From the human T2T-CHM13v2.0 reference genome, Homo sapiens, in NCBI RefSeq assembly GCF_009914755.1, contig NC_060929.1: a stretch of DNA of 64,000 bases. The stretch is one strand, 5' to 3'. The translations under genes were made by a program, and so were the position numbers. Below, in pieces: positions 1 to 17,351 of this stretch. Each line of letters opens with the position of its first letter. The first letter of the stretch is position 1. A model generated the notes under the pieces. The model saw only the letters and a program-made list of their open reading frames with translations. It searched no databases and had not been told where the DNA came from.

Positions 1-2225
<2,225 letters not shown>

Positions 2226-2374
2226 GATTTAACTTCTTCTCCCCTAGTCATTTATTTAAATGAGTTTAGACTCATGTACATTTATTTTATAATTTGAGTT
2301 ATAATCCAATATTACCTTACTTATTTTGTTGCTTCATATCAATCCAGCTTTGGACACTGGAAAAGAAGAAAGTC

Positions 2375-3185
2375 ACTTCTGAGGAAAGACTAAGGGAAGT
2401 GAGGGAGCTAGCCACAAAGCCATCCAGTAGAAGAACATTCTAGGTCCCAAGGTGTGACAGCCTGATGTGTTTAGGGAACAAGAGCAAGACCAGAGTGACT
2501 AGAGGAGAGGAAATATAAGGGAGAGTAGCAGCAAATGAAATGACAGAGGTAATGGTGAGCCGCATCACAGAGCTGTGCAGGCCAAAGAAGGAGCTAACCC
2601 TTACTTTATGTGAGAAGGAACACCAGAGGATATTTCTAAGCACAGGAAGGCATGGTAGAAGGATCACTGGCTGCTGTGTTGAGAAATAACTGCAGGTAAT
2701 TAGGACAGAATGAGGGAGGCTAATTAGATGTCTATTCAATAATCCAGGTGAGAGATCATGGTGATCACACGGGTGATGAGAAGTGGTCAAATTCTGGATA
2801 TATTTTTTGAAGACAGAGCTGTTGGGATCGGCTGTCAGACAGAATGTGGGGTCTTAGAGAAAGAAAGGGGTCGAGAATGACTGTGAGGATTTTGACCTGA
2901 AAAATTAAAGGGATAGAATAGCCATTAACTGAAGTGGGGAAAGCTGCAGGAGCTCAGTTTTAGACATGTTAAATTTAAGATGCCTATCCAAGTAAAGGTG
3001 TCTAGTAGGCAGATGGATCTGAAGTTCAGAGAAGCCTAGGTTGGAGATAAAAAAAAAACCTAGCAGTCATCAGCATACAGATGAAACATGAAGCCATCAG
3101 ACTAGATGAGTCACCAACGCCTTAAGTGTAGACAGAGAAGAGCAGAGGTCCAAGGACTGAGCCTGGGGCGTTCTGGCACTGAGAA
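2375..3185 (-). mobile_element. L2 relic
   Basis: Purine-rich L2 antisense hallmarks (aataatccaggtgagagat, gagctcagttttagacatgttaaattt, ccaaggactgagcctgggg). Confidence 0.75.
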
Positions 3186-4806
3186 AAATCAAGACTTTCT
3201 TACCTTCCCTTTAATCAGATACAAATGTAGCAAGTTTTTTTTCTCATCCACTGTGTACCTAGTACTGCTCTGGATTCCCTAACTCTCAGAATATAACCTT
3301 AGCTCTCCCTCACCTCTCTGTAATTCTCCATCCTCTGTTCTGTGCTGCCGTACACCTGGTCACCATCATAAGACAGTCATTACTGCCACTACCTCTTTGC
3401 AAGCTGCTCCTCCCACCTGGAAAACCCTTTATACTCCACCTCATCAAATACCAGCTTTTCCAAGCCCCAATTAATCTCCTATCTTTTCTCTGAAATTTAC
3501 CTAATTACTCTCATAGTGAATGAGCTTCTCCACCAAAGCAACCCTAACACTTCAATGACTACCAACGTTGAACTTAATGTCTGTACAATCAGATATTTAT
3601 CAGTTATTGACCTGTGTGGCTAACTGTATATAAACTGTGTATAAATGCTGTAGCTTCCTTTAAGAAGAAAAGCACATCTACCTTTTCTCTTCCCCCCAAA
3701 ATAGCCTAGAACAAATACCTACCACATAGCAAGTGCTCAATAAATTGTGTGTGAATTCTTTCATGTTAATTCTGTTATTCAATCAGTCACCATGCTCCCT
3801 GAGAGTAGAGACCTGTTTTGTATCTCCTCCATTTGATTCTGGGTTAGACACAGGTAGGTAGGCATTCAATAACTGCTTGCTATCAAAGGGGATGATGACA
3901 ATGTGAGGTCTCTGGGGACCTTACGATCTTGGCACAAAACAATGAGAATGTGTATTCTGTTCTTGCTACCCATCTCACCTGAACCCAGCTATTTCCTGGA
4001 CAAAGAAGAAGAATCCAGGGACCACATAGAGAAGAAATTCCAGGGCATCTGATGTTAGTGCAGAGAGATACTCAAAATCATGGTATTATCTAAAACGCCT
4101 GGAAAAGAGTTTGCCCTCGCTGAAATGCTGGGCGAAAAGAATCAGAAAAGACACGCACTTGGGTGTGAATCCTAAGAACACAGAGAATACATCAAAATAA
4201 ATACAAGTATATTCACTAATGAATTATTTACAACAGTGAAAAACTGGAAACCATCTAAATGCCCAACCGTAAGAATTAAGTATAATTTGGTATATTCATA
4301 CACTTGAATATATTAAAGAACAGCACCTGGAAAATGTTCACTTTATGCCTAAGGCTCACTTTATACCTATATGCTGGAGGCTCTAACTTTCAGTCTCCAT
4401 TTCTAAAGGGAAAGTATCTGTCTCAAAATAGTCTGTACAGTATGACTGCACTTTTGTGCAAACAACTGGAAGAACACAAGCCATAATGTTAATTTTACAT
4501 CTGCACAGTGGGATTTGGGTGATTTTGTTGTTGTTGTTGTTGTCTCCCTTTGTGTTTTTCTATGTTTTCCAAGTATTCTGCTTTGAAAACATATTACTTT
4601 GTCAGCAGGCAAAAAAAAAAAAAGAGAGAGAGAGAGAAAGTCATTTTAAAAACAAACATATAAGAGCCAAATTCTCAACTCTCTAGGCATCTGACTGCTG
4701 AAAGTATCCTACTTCCAATATAATATGCAAGAATCCTAAGGTCCAGCCCCCTCCTCCCATTCCTTCCCCTCCCATAGCACCCAAGACAGAAAACAGATGA
4801 AACTAA

Positions 4807-5224
<418 letters not shown>

Positions 5225-8200
5225 TAAACAAGAAAGGGAAGGAAGAAGATGTAGTGAACTTACAAGGCATAGATACCACTACCGCAATGACATCCCCACC
5301 CAAGGTACCGCTCCACCCTATTCTAGGTCTGATCCCTTTCTCTCCTATCTCTGAGCATTGCACAGGCCTGTCAAGCAGCTCTTAGAATAAGAGTTCTGAT
5401 TCTTTGCACCACAGCAAGTATTCCTCTTTTGCCTTTCCCCCTGCCCCTTTCCTTCCTCCCTCTTTTTAAAAGGTGATCTTGCCTTTCGGCTAGTACAATG
5501 TGCTGCACTGAACCAGCGTGCCAGTCAGTCTGTGGAGAATCAGAGAGAATGAATTTGAATAATAAAAGCCAGAACAAGGCGATACCTTGGAGAGAGACTT
5601 GGTGTAGTACCTTCAATTTAGAACCTCATTTCAGTGGCTAATGCAGTTGTTGGAGACATTAGCCTAATTTTTGCCAGGAGAGTCCAGCAACACAGCAGTA
5701 CTAAACATGGGCACAGTGGACCCTGCTCATCTCAGAGACAAAGTGTGGAGAATGAAATTAGCAGCACTGCACTTCTGGTGCAGAGGAAAGCAAATTCTCA
5801 CTCCCCTCCCCCAATTCATTACCAATCATCTTTAAAATGAAAAACACAGACATGTGTGTGGGAGTCAGCATAAGCATGAAGTTCAAGGGAAGCCAGGACC
5901 CTGAAGAAACTCCCAGGAGGCACTTATGGACCATGGGAAAGTTAATTTCAAAGGACATCCAATAAATGCTGCCCTACCACAGATCTTGTCATTGCCAAGC
6001 CCTATTTGCTGCAGGCCTGGGAAGGCTCCAGAACCTGCTGGCAGGTCAGTTTGTTGAGGCCAGAAATGGGAAGGAGAGCCCACAAAGGCCAAACTGGAAG
6101 AAAGAGGCTCAGCTCTAGACACATCTACACAGACTGGGGTGAGGGTTCCTACAACAAGTGCTTCCTATTGGCTAGGTTAAAAAGAAGCCACACCTGGTCT
6201 GGTCCAGATTTGTCCTAAGTCTCTCCCTGTGTGTCAGCCTCCATGCTGCAGGAGCCAAGCAGCTCAGGACCTTTCACTCTGCTGTAGCTGTGAGCCTTTA
6301 AAGACGGCAGCACGTGGCTCAGAGGTAGCAACAATAATTGTAGGTAACAGACTGGGCAGGGGCCTCCTGGCTCCTCCTAGACCACGCCAACAATGGGTCG
6401 AGCATGGGTGTCCCTGGCTAGCCAGGCTGAAGAAGGGACTCCTTTCTCTTGTTCTAACAGGCTGGTAGGCCAGAAGTCCTCTCTCTGTTCCTGCTGGTCT
6501 CTCACTGCCTCTGATTCCCCAAAGTCCCACTCTGCTCCCTACTCTGTTATTCAGGGTCCTTTTGTCTTGTCCAGAGATGGGTAAAAGGAAGACAAAGTTT
6601 AACCAAAGTCTTCACAGACAAGGATTTTCTAGAACCTAATGCCCCTTTTCCTCTCCTCTCCCCTAGCAGAGGGCAAAGGAAAACCCAACGTTACCAGTAA
6701 CTCACTTTCAACAGTATCACAGCATCACCAGCACTAGCCTGGAGGCCTCAACGACCCTGACATATCAACATAATGACAGACACAAGGACACCTGTATATC
6801 CAGATCCTTGAGTGGGTTAGTAAGACTGCCAATCTTTTTGTTTGAATTGATTCCCAGGTAGGCTGTGGTTAAGGATTAAGACTTAAGGCCCAGGCACTCT
6901 GCTATGACCTCACTGTATTTAATGCAGCAGTAGGCACATGGCAAGTACCCAAACACCTCAGGACTTGAACTCTTCCTAAGGGTCTCTCTGTGAAGTCCCA
7001 GGAACGTGAGAGACTGTCCTCTTTTCCTGACAGATACTGAAGGCCAATCCTAGAGAAGAAGGAAGGGCTGCTTAGAGGAAAAGCGGAAGAAATGAGAGGC
7101 TAGGCAACCCAGACTCCACCCAAGAAGCACACGCAATGAGGGGAGCAGGGCAGGGATAGGGCGGCAGGACTCGCTCTCCGTACACACAGCCTGCCTGCCA
7201 AAATTTACTGGATGGCAGGAATCCTAGATCCGTGGGTGAGGATTGAGTCATGTTATGAATCTCCTTTTTCTAAGCAGCATGTGAAAAAACTCCTCCATCT
7301 CAGGAAGAGAAGGTGGGGAAGAGGGGGGCGATATGTGGGGAAGGTGGTGGTCGGCAACTGGAAGCCCAGATTTCATTCTAATGCCAGAACAGCCTCCTCA
7401 AATTACAAGGGGTCCATTCCAGAAGAAGCTAGGCAGGCCAAGGAGGCTGGACTGTGGCTTTGGATAGTCAAAATACCACTGACATGAAACTGTATCATCG
7501 CAGTGTTGATAATTTCCCTGGAAGAAGCAAATCCTCCCATAACTATAAATCAATCCCTCACTGCAATTGCAGAAATCTATCAAAAAAAAAATTCAGCTGT
7601 TACCAGAAATTCTAAATGCTTGGCACTAGAAGCATAATTAGGGGAGATTCTGAAAGGTGTCCTGAGGCAGGCCATACAAGAACAGAGTAGAAAGGAGTTA
7701 TATACCCTTAGAAAGCTCATTTAGGGAATGGGCTGTGCATAATGCATGCAGGCCCGGGAGTGCAGACATTCCCTCCCGGCGGCCTGCTCAGAGGCAGGCT
7801 GTGAGCCGCGACACTGGCAGATGGCTGCCCCGGTAGCAATCGTGCACGCTCCAACGGCCGCCTCCTCCAGTCCACCCTTGAGCACAGGCTTATGTTCCCA
7901 AAAGGGGTGGAGAGCACCAGCAAACATTACCCCCAAAGAATAGTGGCTTTCCCTAGGGAAGGTAAACATTTCCATCAGAAGGCAGAAGCCGGCACAAGGC
8001 AATTTCTCTCTGTGCAGGGAAAAGGAGCCGCAAACATAAAGTTGCTCAGTCAAAAGAGACAGATGATCTCTGCAAGCGAAGCCGTGCCAAACTGTCTGTA
8101 AAGGATTTGCACATCCATCAGCATAAGTGGCTGTGTAGGGGAGGGGGACGCAGGAGTGGGGAAGGCCCACTCATGGTGCAGGATTCTCAGGACTCAGAAG

Positions 8201-9469
8201 CCCCAGGAGAGGAGAAGCCAGTTATTTTTCTGCTAGTGCTCTAGCCTGAGCAAAGGTATAGCAAAAGGCTTGATTTCCAGCAGATTCTCTCTGCTCTCTC
8301 AATCCTCCCAATCCATACTCAAGGTCTGTCCACTTCAAGCCTCTGCATTCACAAGGTTTTGGGGCCACTGGCTATTCAATCTTGAGCCAGCCACTTCTCC
8401 TTCCCACTGGCATCCTCCACCTTTTTAAAGTCACGTGTGACTAAAAGAGAAATGGCAGTTCACTAGTCTTATGCCTAAAATAACCTACAGAAAAATATGG
8501 TTTATGAACTATCCTGTAATATAATACACAATTCGGAGCCTAGCCATTTGTCACAGCATTGAGTAATCCACATACATCCCAAGGGTCTGACAATAAGATG
8601 TGTAAATCAACAGCAAAAAGCAGCATAGCTTAGCCATTGAGTTAAAATACAAAGAATGTTTTTTAGCATTGATTTTTTTTAACTTAGAAAATATGGGCTT
8701 CTGAGGGTAAATGCTTGTAAGGGAGTTGTGTGCTAGAATGAAAGACTCTTTACTTTCCAGAACCCCCGATACCTGACTTCAAAGCAAAAATAAAAACTCC
8801 AAGACTCACATTCTTCCAATGATGATAATGGCTTTCTTCTACAAACCCTGCTATTAGCATGACAGGGATGGCCACATCAGTCATAAGAAAAGCACATGTA
8901 CCTTTTACACTTAAGAAAAGCAAGCAAAATATCTGCTTTGTGCAAAAGCAAGCCACTTGGCAGGAAAGAAAATAATAAATTACTGCAAAGGCTTGAAATT
9001 ATTTTTCTTTCTCTGGATGATCAAACAATGAGCGTAGGGGTAGGCATCACAATCCACAAACATACTGCCATAGTGATTGGTGCTTAGGTAGGATAAAACA
9101 GGCAGAATTTCATTTATATTCCAAAGAACAGAGACAAGTGCCCTGATCACTCAGCCCTGCAGAGAGTCCTAATGCCACATGAGTGGCCTCCTCCCCAGTT
9201 GCTGTATGGCCCCGCTGCAGGATCTGATCTGGGGTGTGTGTCTGCATTGCTATCTGACCAATTATCTGCCTAGAACAGACCTTGCCTGAGGATGCAGCAG
9301 GTGTGCAGGTGCTTAAGAGGCAGGTGTTGGGATCCCTGAGTAAGAGCCCTCCTTCTGACATGGGAGGCAAGACTGACTCAGGTGTTACCTGTTATGCTGG
9401 GGGCACAGCTATACCCTGGTGAGTTTCTCCTTTACTTAAAAAGATCACTTAGACATTATTCTATTTTAG

Positions 9470-9860
9470 CTTTTTATTTTGAAACAATTTTAGACTTACA
9501 GAAAAGTTGCAAAAAAAAGAAAAAAAAATACAGAGTTTCCCATATACTCTTCATCCAGATTTTCCTGCTATTAACGTCTTAAAAAACTATAGGACAATTA
9601 TCAAAACTAAGAAATTATACAACAGTAGTAACTAAACTATAGACTCTACTTGGATTTCACCAGTTTTTCCACTAATGTTTTTCTCTCTTGCACAGTCTAA
9701 TCCAGGATATCACACTGTATTTGGTCGTCAGGTCTCCTTTGTCTCCTCCAATCTGTGACAGTTCCTCAGTCTTTGTCTTTCATCACCTGGACATACTTGA
9801 AAAGTGCTGGTAGTTATTCTGCAGACTGTACCTCAATTTGGGTTCATCTGATGTCCACTG
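9470..9860 (-). mobile_element. Old L1 (L1MC/ME-type) 3' fragment
   Basis: ttttattttgaaacaattttagacttacagaaaagttgcaaaaa...tacagagtttcc, typical antisense L1MC 3' end. Confidence 0.65.
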
Positions 9861-9884
9861 ATTTTTAATACAACAGAAAAAACA

Positions 9885-10125
9885 ACAGCTAACATTTACT
9901 GAGCTATTACTATGCACCTGGCATCACAGTAAACATTTCATGTTTACCTTATTTACTATTTAAAATAACCCTCTGAAGTAGGCATTATTACTACCCCTAT
10001 TTTACAGAGAGGGATAGTTCATTAATCTTTACTGTAATTAAGTAACTTGCCCAGCTACTAGCTATAAAAGACAGAGCAGAGGTGTGAACCCAGGTAGACT
10101 GACTCTAAAACACTATACTACATGC
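9885..10125 (-). mobile_element. MIR
   Basis: gctaacatttactgagc...cctattttacaga...aagtaacttgccca...gaacccagg core. Confidence 0.7.
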
Positions 10126-12005
10126 TATATTCAAGGCACGGCAGCAACAATCAAATGCCAAAATACAATCTGGGCTCAGCTCTTGGCCATTCCCTCTCCG
10201 AAGAATGTGTCTCATTGAAGAAAGGGCATTATAGGCTTTATCTTTCTTCCAAAGACGACGAAATACTCCACTTGAATTTCTGCCCATAGAACCAGAAGAT
10301 TTTTTTTCTCTTGACAAGAAGCACCTTCCTGGATTAAGGGTAAAGAAAAGGCCATTGTTCTCCTGAGACCTCACTCTGGACTGGTGCCAGATGGAGGGAA
10401 AAATAGATGAGCATGTAGGTGTGCTCAATTCAAGAGAGTTCTATTCCGAAGCCTTTTCAAGCCTATGGAAACACGGAGGTCACAAAAAGGGGAAAAAGCT
10501 CCTGGGATTGCTTTTTTTCCCATGTTATGCCCAGAAATATCCAATGATGGGCAACACAAACGGACACCTTGTCGTTAGTATTAGGATCTTTGGGAAAATT
10601 GAGGTACAAACTATTCATGTGGCACATGGTGTGTGTGTCAAGGGACAGGGCTGTGGGAGGCAGGCTGGGAAGAATTCCAGCTGCACTCCAGGATTTGTTT
10701 TTAATGCTTATGACTTTAGATCACTCAGTTCCACAGACTTGATTTTTCCCAAATCCCCTCTCTGGCAACGCTAATGTGTTTTTCCTCTAGTTCTGACTGA
10801 TCAGCGAAATACGTGGCTGGAAGAATAGGCTGGGAAATCATTTCTTTGATGCTAGCAGAATTGAGAAAATATTCCCCCAGCTACAGACCTCTCCATCTAT
10901 TCATCCCTGCCACCTGCCAGTCAGCTGCAGGTAGAGGCAGCTAGGAAGGTAAGGTGGCAGGGAGGGCAGGATGTGAAGGAGGGGAAAAGGGAAAAGAACT
11001 GAGAGCATGAAAACAAGGAAAAGAAAAAAAAAAAAAGAGTATTGTGTTCAAACGGCCACTTTAGAACCAAGACTTTCATTGATATGCATCAGCAGTGTCA
11101 GATGAAGCCAGCAAATAGGTGAAAAATGCTCAGCCTTCCTTAGAACTTTTCTTCTGCTCTTCACCCCACAAAGTACATCCCTTAACTTCAAAACTAAGAT
11201 GGACTCCTGTAAATGAAACACTTTATCTGGGTGCCTCCATTACTGCCAGCTTTGTAAAAGAGCCCTCTCCTTTGAAATCTACTGTTCTATACCTAACTCC
11301 AAAGTATCCTCAGCTAGATACTTTGATCAAATACTGGAAGCTAAAATGCTAACCGTCTTTAGGGAACAATTCCTCCAGCCTCTACATCTACAATTTAACC
11401 CAGTGGGAATCTAAAGCCAGCTAACAGCCCTCAAATCACACTGCACACAGGGCTGCTTACTCTGCTGTGTTTAGGGACATAAGAATTAATCCCTAAGATC
11501 CAACTTAGAAACCCAAACAGGGCAGCTTGATAATTCTGTGTCTGCTTGAATAATTTCCCCCTCTCAGTGTCAAAGGCCTTCAAAATTCACATTATTTTGT
11601 TCCCATGTAGACGTCAAATAAAACTGCTTTCAGATCATGACCCCGCAGATTCCATCTTCAGAAGAAAGGAAATCTGGGAAAAGCAATGAGATCTGAAGCC
11701 CCTTTACCAATGGACCATGGGCTCCAAAAGAGACCAAGAGAAAACATAACTACTCCCTTATGGGGTATCTTGAGGACTTAATATACACAAAGCACCTAGC
11801 ACAAGGGGATGTTAAAAAAAAAAAAAAAAAAAGCAGTTTTCTTCCTTTCCCCATCCAACTGCTAGACTGGAATTCCTGGGTCCTATTTCCCCTCTGTCTT
11901 TTTTTTTTTTTTTGGTAAACCCCTTCCATTCTAGGATCCTCTCAGTCATTTCTTGGTCATGAGATACTAGACAACCTCCTCATCCTCTAAGAGCCTGAAT
12001 GACTT

Positions 12006-12347
<342 letters not shown>

Positions 12348-13945
12348 TTAAAAAGATGATGTTTATATAACATTTAGAGGGCTACTGGGGTGGGGAGCAG
12401 GGGTCGTTTCTTTTTTCCCCTAAGGAAAAAGAACTTTACAAATATACCATATTACTATTCCTTAAAAACTCACCCCTGCCCAGATAAACTCATTATGGCC
12501 ACAGGTAATCAAATCTGAAGACTTTTAATCCAAAGAAATGGTTCTCTTCTTCCAAACAGCTGCATTACACAAACCATAAACAGACTGTTCTGGGAATTAA
12601 ATAAATTAAACTAAAACTCAATCTTTGTTTGCCCAAATCCACATATTATGGGAAATAAGGAAAAACCAACAACTTATGAGTTTATGAATAATAACAAAAC
12701 AAAACCCCCACATGAACAGAAATATAATCAGCTTGATTAGCACCCAGGCAACAAAAGGCTCACAGAGCCCCTGCACACAAGGCTGTGCTTCATGTGGGCT
12801 CTTGACAGGCTGCCAAAAGATCAGTGGCTAGTGGGGTGCCACCCCCACCCTGCCCTGTGCACTGCCAGGGCCTCAAAGAGTTCCCTTGATGTTCCCTGTC
12901 TTCAGAAGAGGGAAGGTTGGAGCAGGTTCAGAGGAGCTTCCAAAAAGCTCTCCAGAGCTTGCCAGAAACCTGGCTTCACAAAGCCCCATGGGCCAGATGG
13001 ACAAAAGTCTCCCTTACCATACCCAGAGACAACCCAAGAGTCCCCAGAATGATCTGCCTATCATTCCTCAGACTCCAGCCATCTCACTGTCCACCTATGT
13101 ATGCACTGCCCAGGGCTCAGATTACTCAAGGAAGTCAACAAACCTCACCCACCACAGTGTCAGGTTGTCAGATGTTAACTGGACTTTTCCTAATACTGGG
13201 TGATGCTCAGTTCTGACCTCTTGGTTGTCCAAGCACCTTCCCCACAGTAGTTCTTCCCAACCTTCCATTTCTCAAGCACCCAAATGGGTACTTCTCTTTC
13301 ATTGCTCAAAGCAGAAGACCACCCTCAGCTTGGCTCAGAAAACTGAAGACATCTAATAGGAGCTTCTTCAATTTCTGTCTATATCCCTACCACCTTTCTG
13401 TGTCCCTTTCTAGCCTCTGCTTCTAATTTCTCAGTCTCATCACATTTATGAAGCCAAGACTGTCCATCTGCTACCTAAATAACTTTGCCCCATCAATGAT
13501 CTCCTCTATGGGATTATAAATCTGTCAACACTGATTCCTTTCCCCTCTGCCTTCCAACATACAGAAAACCTCTCTCCATCCAGCTCCAATGACCCCACCT
13601 CAGGGAAGCCTTTCCTTCAGTGTCCTCTGCATTCTCACTGAGCCACCTTCCTGTAGGGGGTCCTCCATCACTATAAGCCCAAGTGAGCAACCTCTGTCAT
13701 GCCCACCATGGTATCCCTGGCATCAAGCACTATACTTCCAGGAGTTCAACAAATGGAATATGAAATGAACAAGTTTTTTGATATGGCTATCGCTAACTGA
13801 AATTGCCCTTTCAGTTCTCCTCTTCTACTATCAAACTCCTCAAACCCAGGAGTTTACATCATCTTTCTTCATCTCCTCATCTCCCAGCACAGCTCCTGGT
13901 TGGATTCTATGACAGACTAATCTGTTACACTTAAGTTTCACACCT

Positions 13946-15454
13946 CTCCCCTCTCCCCACTCCCCACGGTCTCCCTCTCCCTCTCTTTCCACGGTCTCCC
14001 ACTGATGCCGAGCCAAAGCTGGACTGTACTGCTGCCATCTCGGCTCACTGCAACCTCCCTGCCTGATTCTCCTGCCTCAGCCTGCCGAGCGCCTGCGATT
14101 GCAGGTGCGCGCCGCCACGCCTGACTGGTTTTCGTATTTTTTTGCTGGAGACGGGGTTTCGCTGTGTTGGCCGGGCTGGTCTCCAGCTCCTAACCGCGAG
14201 TGATCCGCCAGCCTCGGCCTCCCGAGGTGCCGGGATTGCAGACGGAGTCTAGTTCACTCAGTGCTCAATGTTGCCCAGGCTGGAGTGCAGTGGCGTGATC
14301 TCAGCTAGCTACAACCTCCACCTCCCAGCAGCCTGCCTTGGCCTCCCAAAGTGCCGAGATTGCAGCCTCTGCCCGGCCGCCACCCCGTCCAAGAAGTGAG
14401 GAGCGTCTCTGCCTGGCCGCCCATCATCTGGGATGTGAGGAGCCCCTCTGCCCGGCTGCCCAGTCTGGGAAGTGAGGAGCGCCTCTTCCCGGCTGCCATC
14501 CCGTCTAGGAAGTGAGGAGCGTCTCTGCCCAGCTGCCCATTGTCTGAGATGTAGGGAGCGCCTCTGCCCCGCCACCCAGTCTGGGATGTGAGGAGCGCCT
14601 CTGCCCGGCCGCGACCCCGTCTGGGAGGTGAGGAGCGCCTCTGCCCGGCCGCCCCGTCTGAGAAGTGAGGAGCCCCTCCGCCCGGCAGCCGCCCCGTCTG
14701 GGAAGTGAGGAGTGTCTCCGCCCGGCAGCCAACCCCTCCGGGAGGGAGGTGGGGGCCAGCCCCCGCCCGGCCAGCCGCCCCATCCGGGAGGGAGGTGGCG
14801 GGCGCCTCCGCCCGGCCGCCGCCCCGTGCGGGAGGTGGGGGGCGCCTCTGCCCGGCCGCCCCTTCTGGGAAGTGAGGAGCCCCTCTGCCCGGCCACCACC
14901 CCGTCTGGGAGGTGCACCCAACAGCTCATTGAGAACGGGCCATGATGACAATGGCAGTTTTGTGGAATAGAAAAGGGGGAAATGTGGGGAAAAGATAGAG
15001 AAATCAGATTGTTGCTGTGTCTGTGTAGAAAGAAGTAGACATAGGAGACTCCATTTTGTTCTGTACTAAGAAAGATTCTTCTGCCTTGGGATGCTGTTCA
15101 TCTATGACCTTGCCCCCAACCCTGTGCTCTCTGAAACATGTGCTGTGTCCACTCAGGGTTAAATGGATTAAGGGTGGTGCAAGATGTGCTTTGTTAAACA
15201 GATGCTTGAAGGCAGCATGCTCGTTAAGAGTCATCACCACTCCCTAATCTCAAGTACCCAGGGACACAAACACCGCGGAAGGCCGCAGGGTCCTCTGCCT
15301 AGGAAAACCAGAAACCTTTGTTCACTTGTTTATCTGCTGACCTTCCCTCCACTATTGTCCTATGACCCTGCCAAATCCCCCTCTGCGAGAAACACCCAAG
15401 AATGATCAATAAAAAATAAAATAAAAAATAAATAAATAAATTAATTAAAAAAAA
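13946..15454 (+). mobile_element. SVA retrotransposon (SVA_B/C-like), antisense to SIL1 in intron 3
   Basis: Minimal CCCTCT-like head, antisense Alu-like domain (~14000-14360), GC-rich VNTR (~14365-14915), SINE-R (~14915-15410), AATAAA plus A-tail; TSD aagtttcacacct at 13933-13945 and 15455-15467. Confidence 0.97.
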
Positions 15455-17351
15455 AAGTTTCACACCTTTAAATCTACTGGCTTGTCAGTTCTCCTCCTGA
15501 TCTCCTCCCTCTCCCTCACTGGCCCCCACCTCTGACAGAGTGGATGCTGCCCACCCCCACCACCTCATTTTTCCCTTACACACACCTGCCACTCCAGACA
15601 AGCAGATATACTCTCACTTCAGGTCTCTGTTCATATTATCCCCACCAACACCACTACTCATACTTTGTTCTCTTCTCTATCTAGTGAAGTACTGTCTCTA
15701 AGTTATAGATCAATTCCTACCTCCAAGGCTCTGACAAAACTAAGAATGCAACAGGTTCTGGGAAAGGGCCTCTCATTCAAGCTCTAGGCCAGCCCTTGAG
15801 AACTACTCCTAGCCCTGGTTAGTCTTAACCGTGGAGATGCCCTGGGCTGTCTTGGCCAGTGGGGTGAGGCCAATATTAGAAAAGGAAGCAAAGTCAGAGC
15901 TACAAAGGTTCTCTGAACTAAAACAAAGTCTGTGGCATGAGGGCTGGGACTATTTTGGCAGCTAGTTTTCCATCATCCCTACTTGGTCTAAGTTTTCCAT
16001 CTCAGACATTTGGGTGTCCCAACCTTTGAGAGTTGAGGCTATGCCACTCTGCTCAGCACTCCTGATTAAACCTCAGAGAGAACAGGTGGATAGAAGCAGA
16101 GGAAGGGGAGGATAAGGGCTTCAGGGTGCATGTTAAGCATACAAATGCTTGTTAGAAAGAGGATGGCCAACAGCTGCTCTCCATCACCACCCAAATGCAC
16201 AGATTGCAAACTGGACCCTGGCCTGTCCCATCCGGGTAATGAAGGCCAAAGCCAGGGCAGACATGCTTTGGTGTCAGAGCAGAACTCAGCCAGCCGGCTG
16301 CAAAGTGGCCTCAGTCTTGGCAGTGGCTGCCATGGAGGTTGCAGTCCTTCCTGGCCTGGCCTCCACCTGCTCTCCCAGGGGGCTGTGGGATTTAGCTGCT
16401 GAGGGGCAGTGATCAGCCATCCTGAGAGGCTAGTGAAGAGACCTCCCTACATGAGAAATGAGGTCTCTCTGCAATGAAGAGATCTAAATGATCCTCATGG
16501 AGCCTCCTGGGGCCTTCCTGTATTCCAGCCCACCATCTTTTTTTCTCTCCCAGTACAGGATAATTTGAAGCCTCAGAAACTGCTCCTATAGGCCTCAAGA
16601 GACCTGGCATCCTTCCATCCCCCAAGTGGTTCTCCCTAACAAGCTTGTATTACCAAGGAGCAAAGGAGATGCTCAGAGTCGAGAATGCTTAGCAAAGGCT
16701 GGGAAGGTGGAAGTTATAGAGGGAGGGACCAGAAGTATAGGTAGAAGAGGAACAAATGAAGTTCTAAGGAAATCCCCAGAAGACTAGAAAGCCCTCAAAG
16801 TAAGAAGGGTGGCACTGTGCAGAAAGAAGTAGCACCAAAAGTAAGCTCTGTTGAATACTTCATCCTGAAAAGTTGCCAGAGATAGCAACTTATGTCCAAG
16901 AAGACAGACCACCCCAACAGAATCAGGCTGTTTCTTCTATTTAGCCCCTGCCCCACATTTCCAGCACTGTGCTTGAGCCAGGGTGAAACATCATCCAACA
17001 AAGACCCCTGGCTATCCCCCTCCCTTAAGTCATTACTTCCTTAACAGCAGCTAAGAAGTCCCACTGTCACACTTTGATGAGCCGCAGGGGCTTAGGCATG
17101 AAGTGTCCTGAACCAACAACCTTGCTCCCACCCAATTTCTTGGGCCTCACATGTGTGTGCATGTCTATGTATAAAGGATGGGACAGAAGAGATTATACTC
17201 TTGGGGACCATGGGGAATGAGAAGACCCGTAAGGAAGATCCTTCCAGGATCAGGGAGGGAGGGAGGGTCACCTGCCTCCCAACCACAGACCTGGGGAGGG
17301 GGCAGAACACACTGGGAGCTTTGCCCCCCTTAGTCTCACTTTTATTGCAAC

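Noticed and set aside
14365-14915. Repeat-spacer-like array (tctgggaagtgaggagc...) resembling CRISPR
   Set aside because: SVA VNTR units of ~35-50 bp without unique spacers; primate DNA with no cas genes.
14305-15405. Long GC-rich ORFs (up to 206 aa) on both strands and a CpG-island-like signal
   Set aside because: SVA VNTR/SINE-R low-complexity frames; not a host gene or promoter island.
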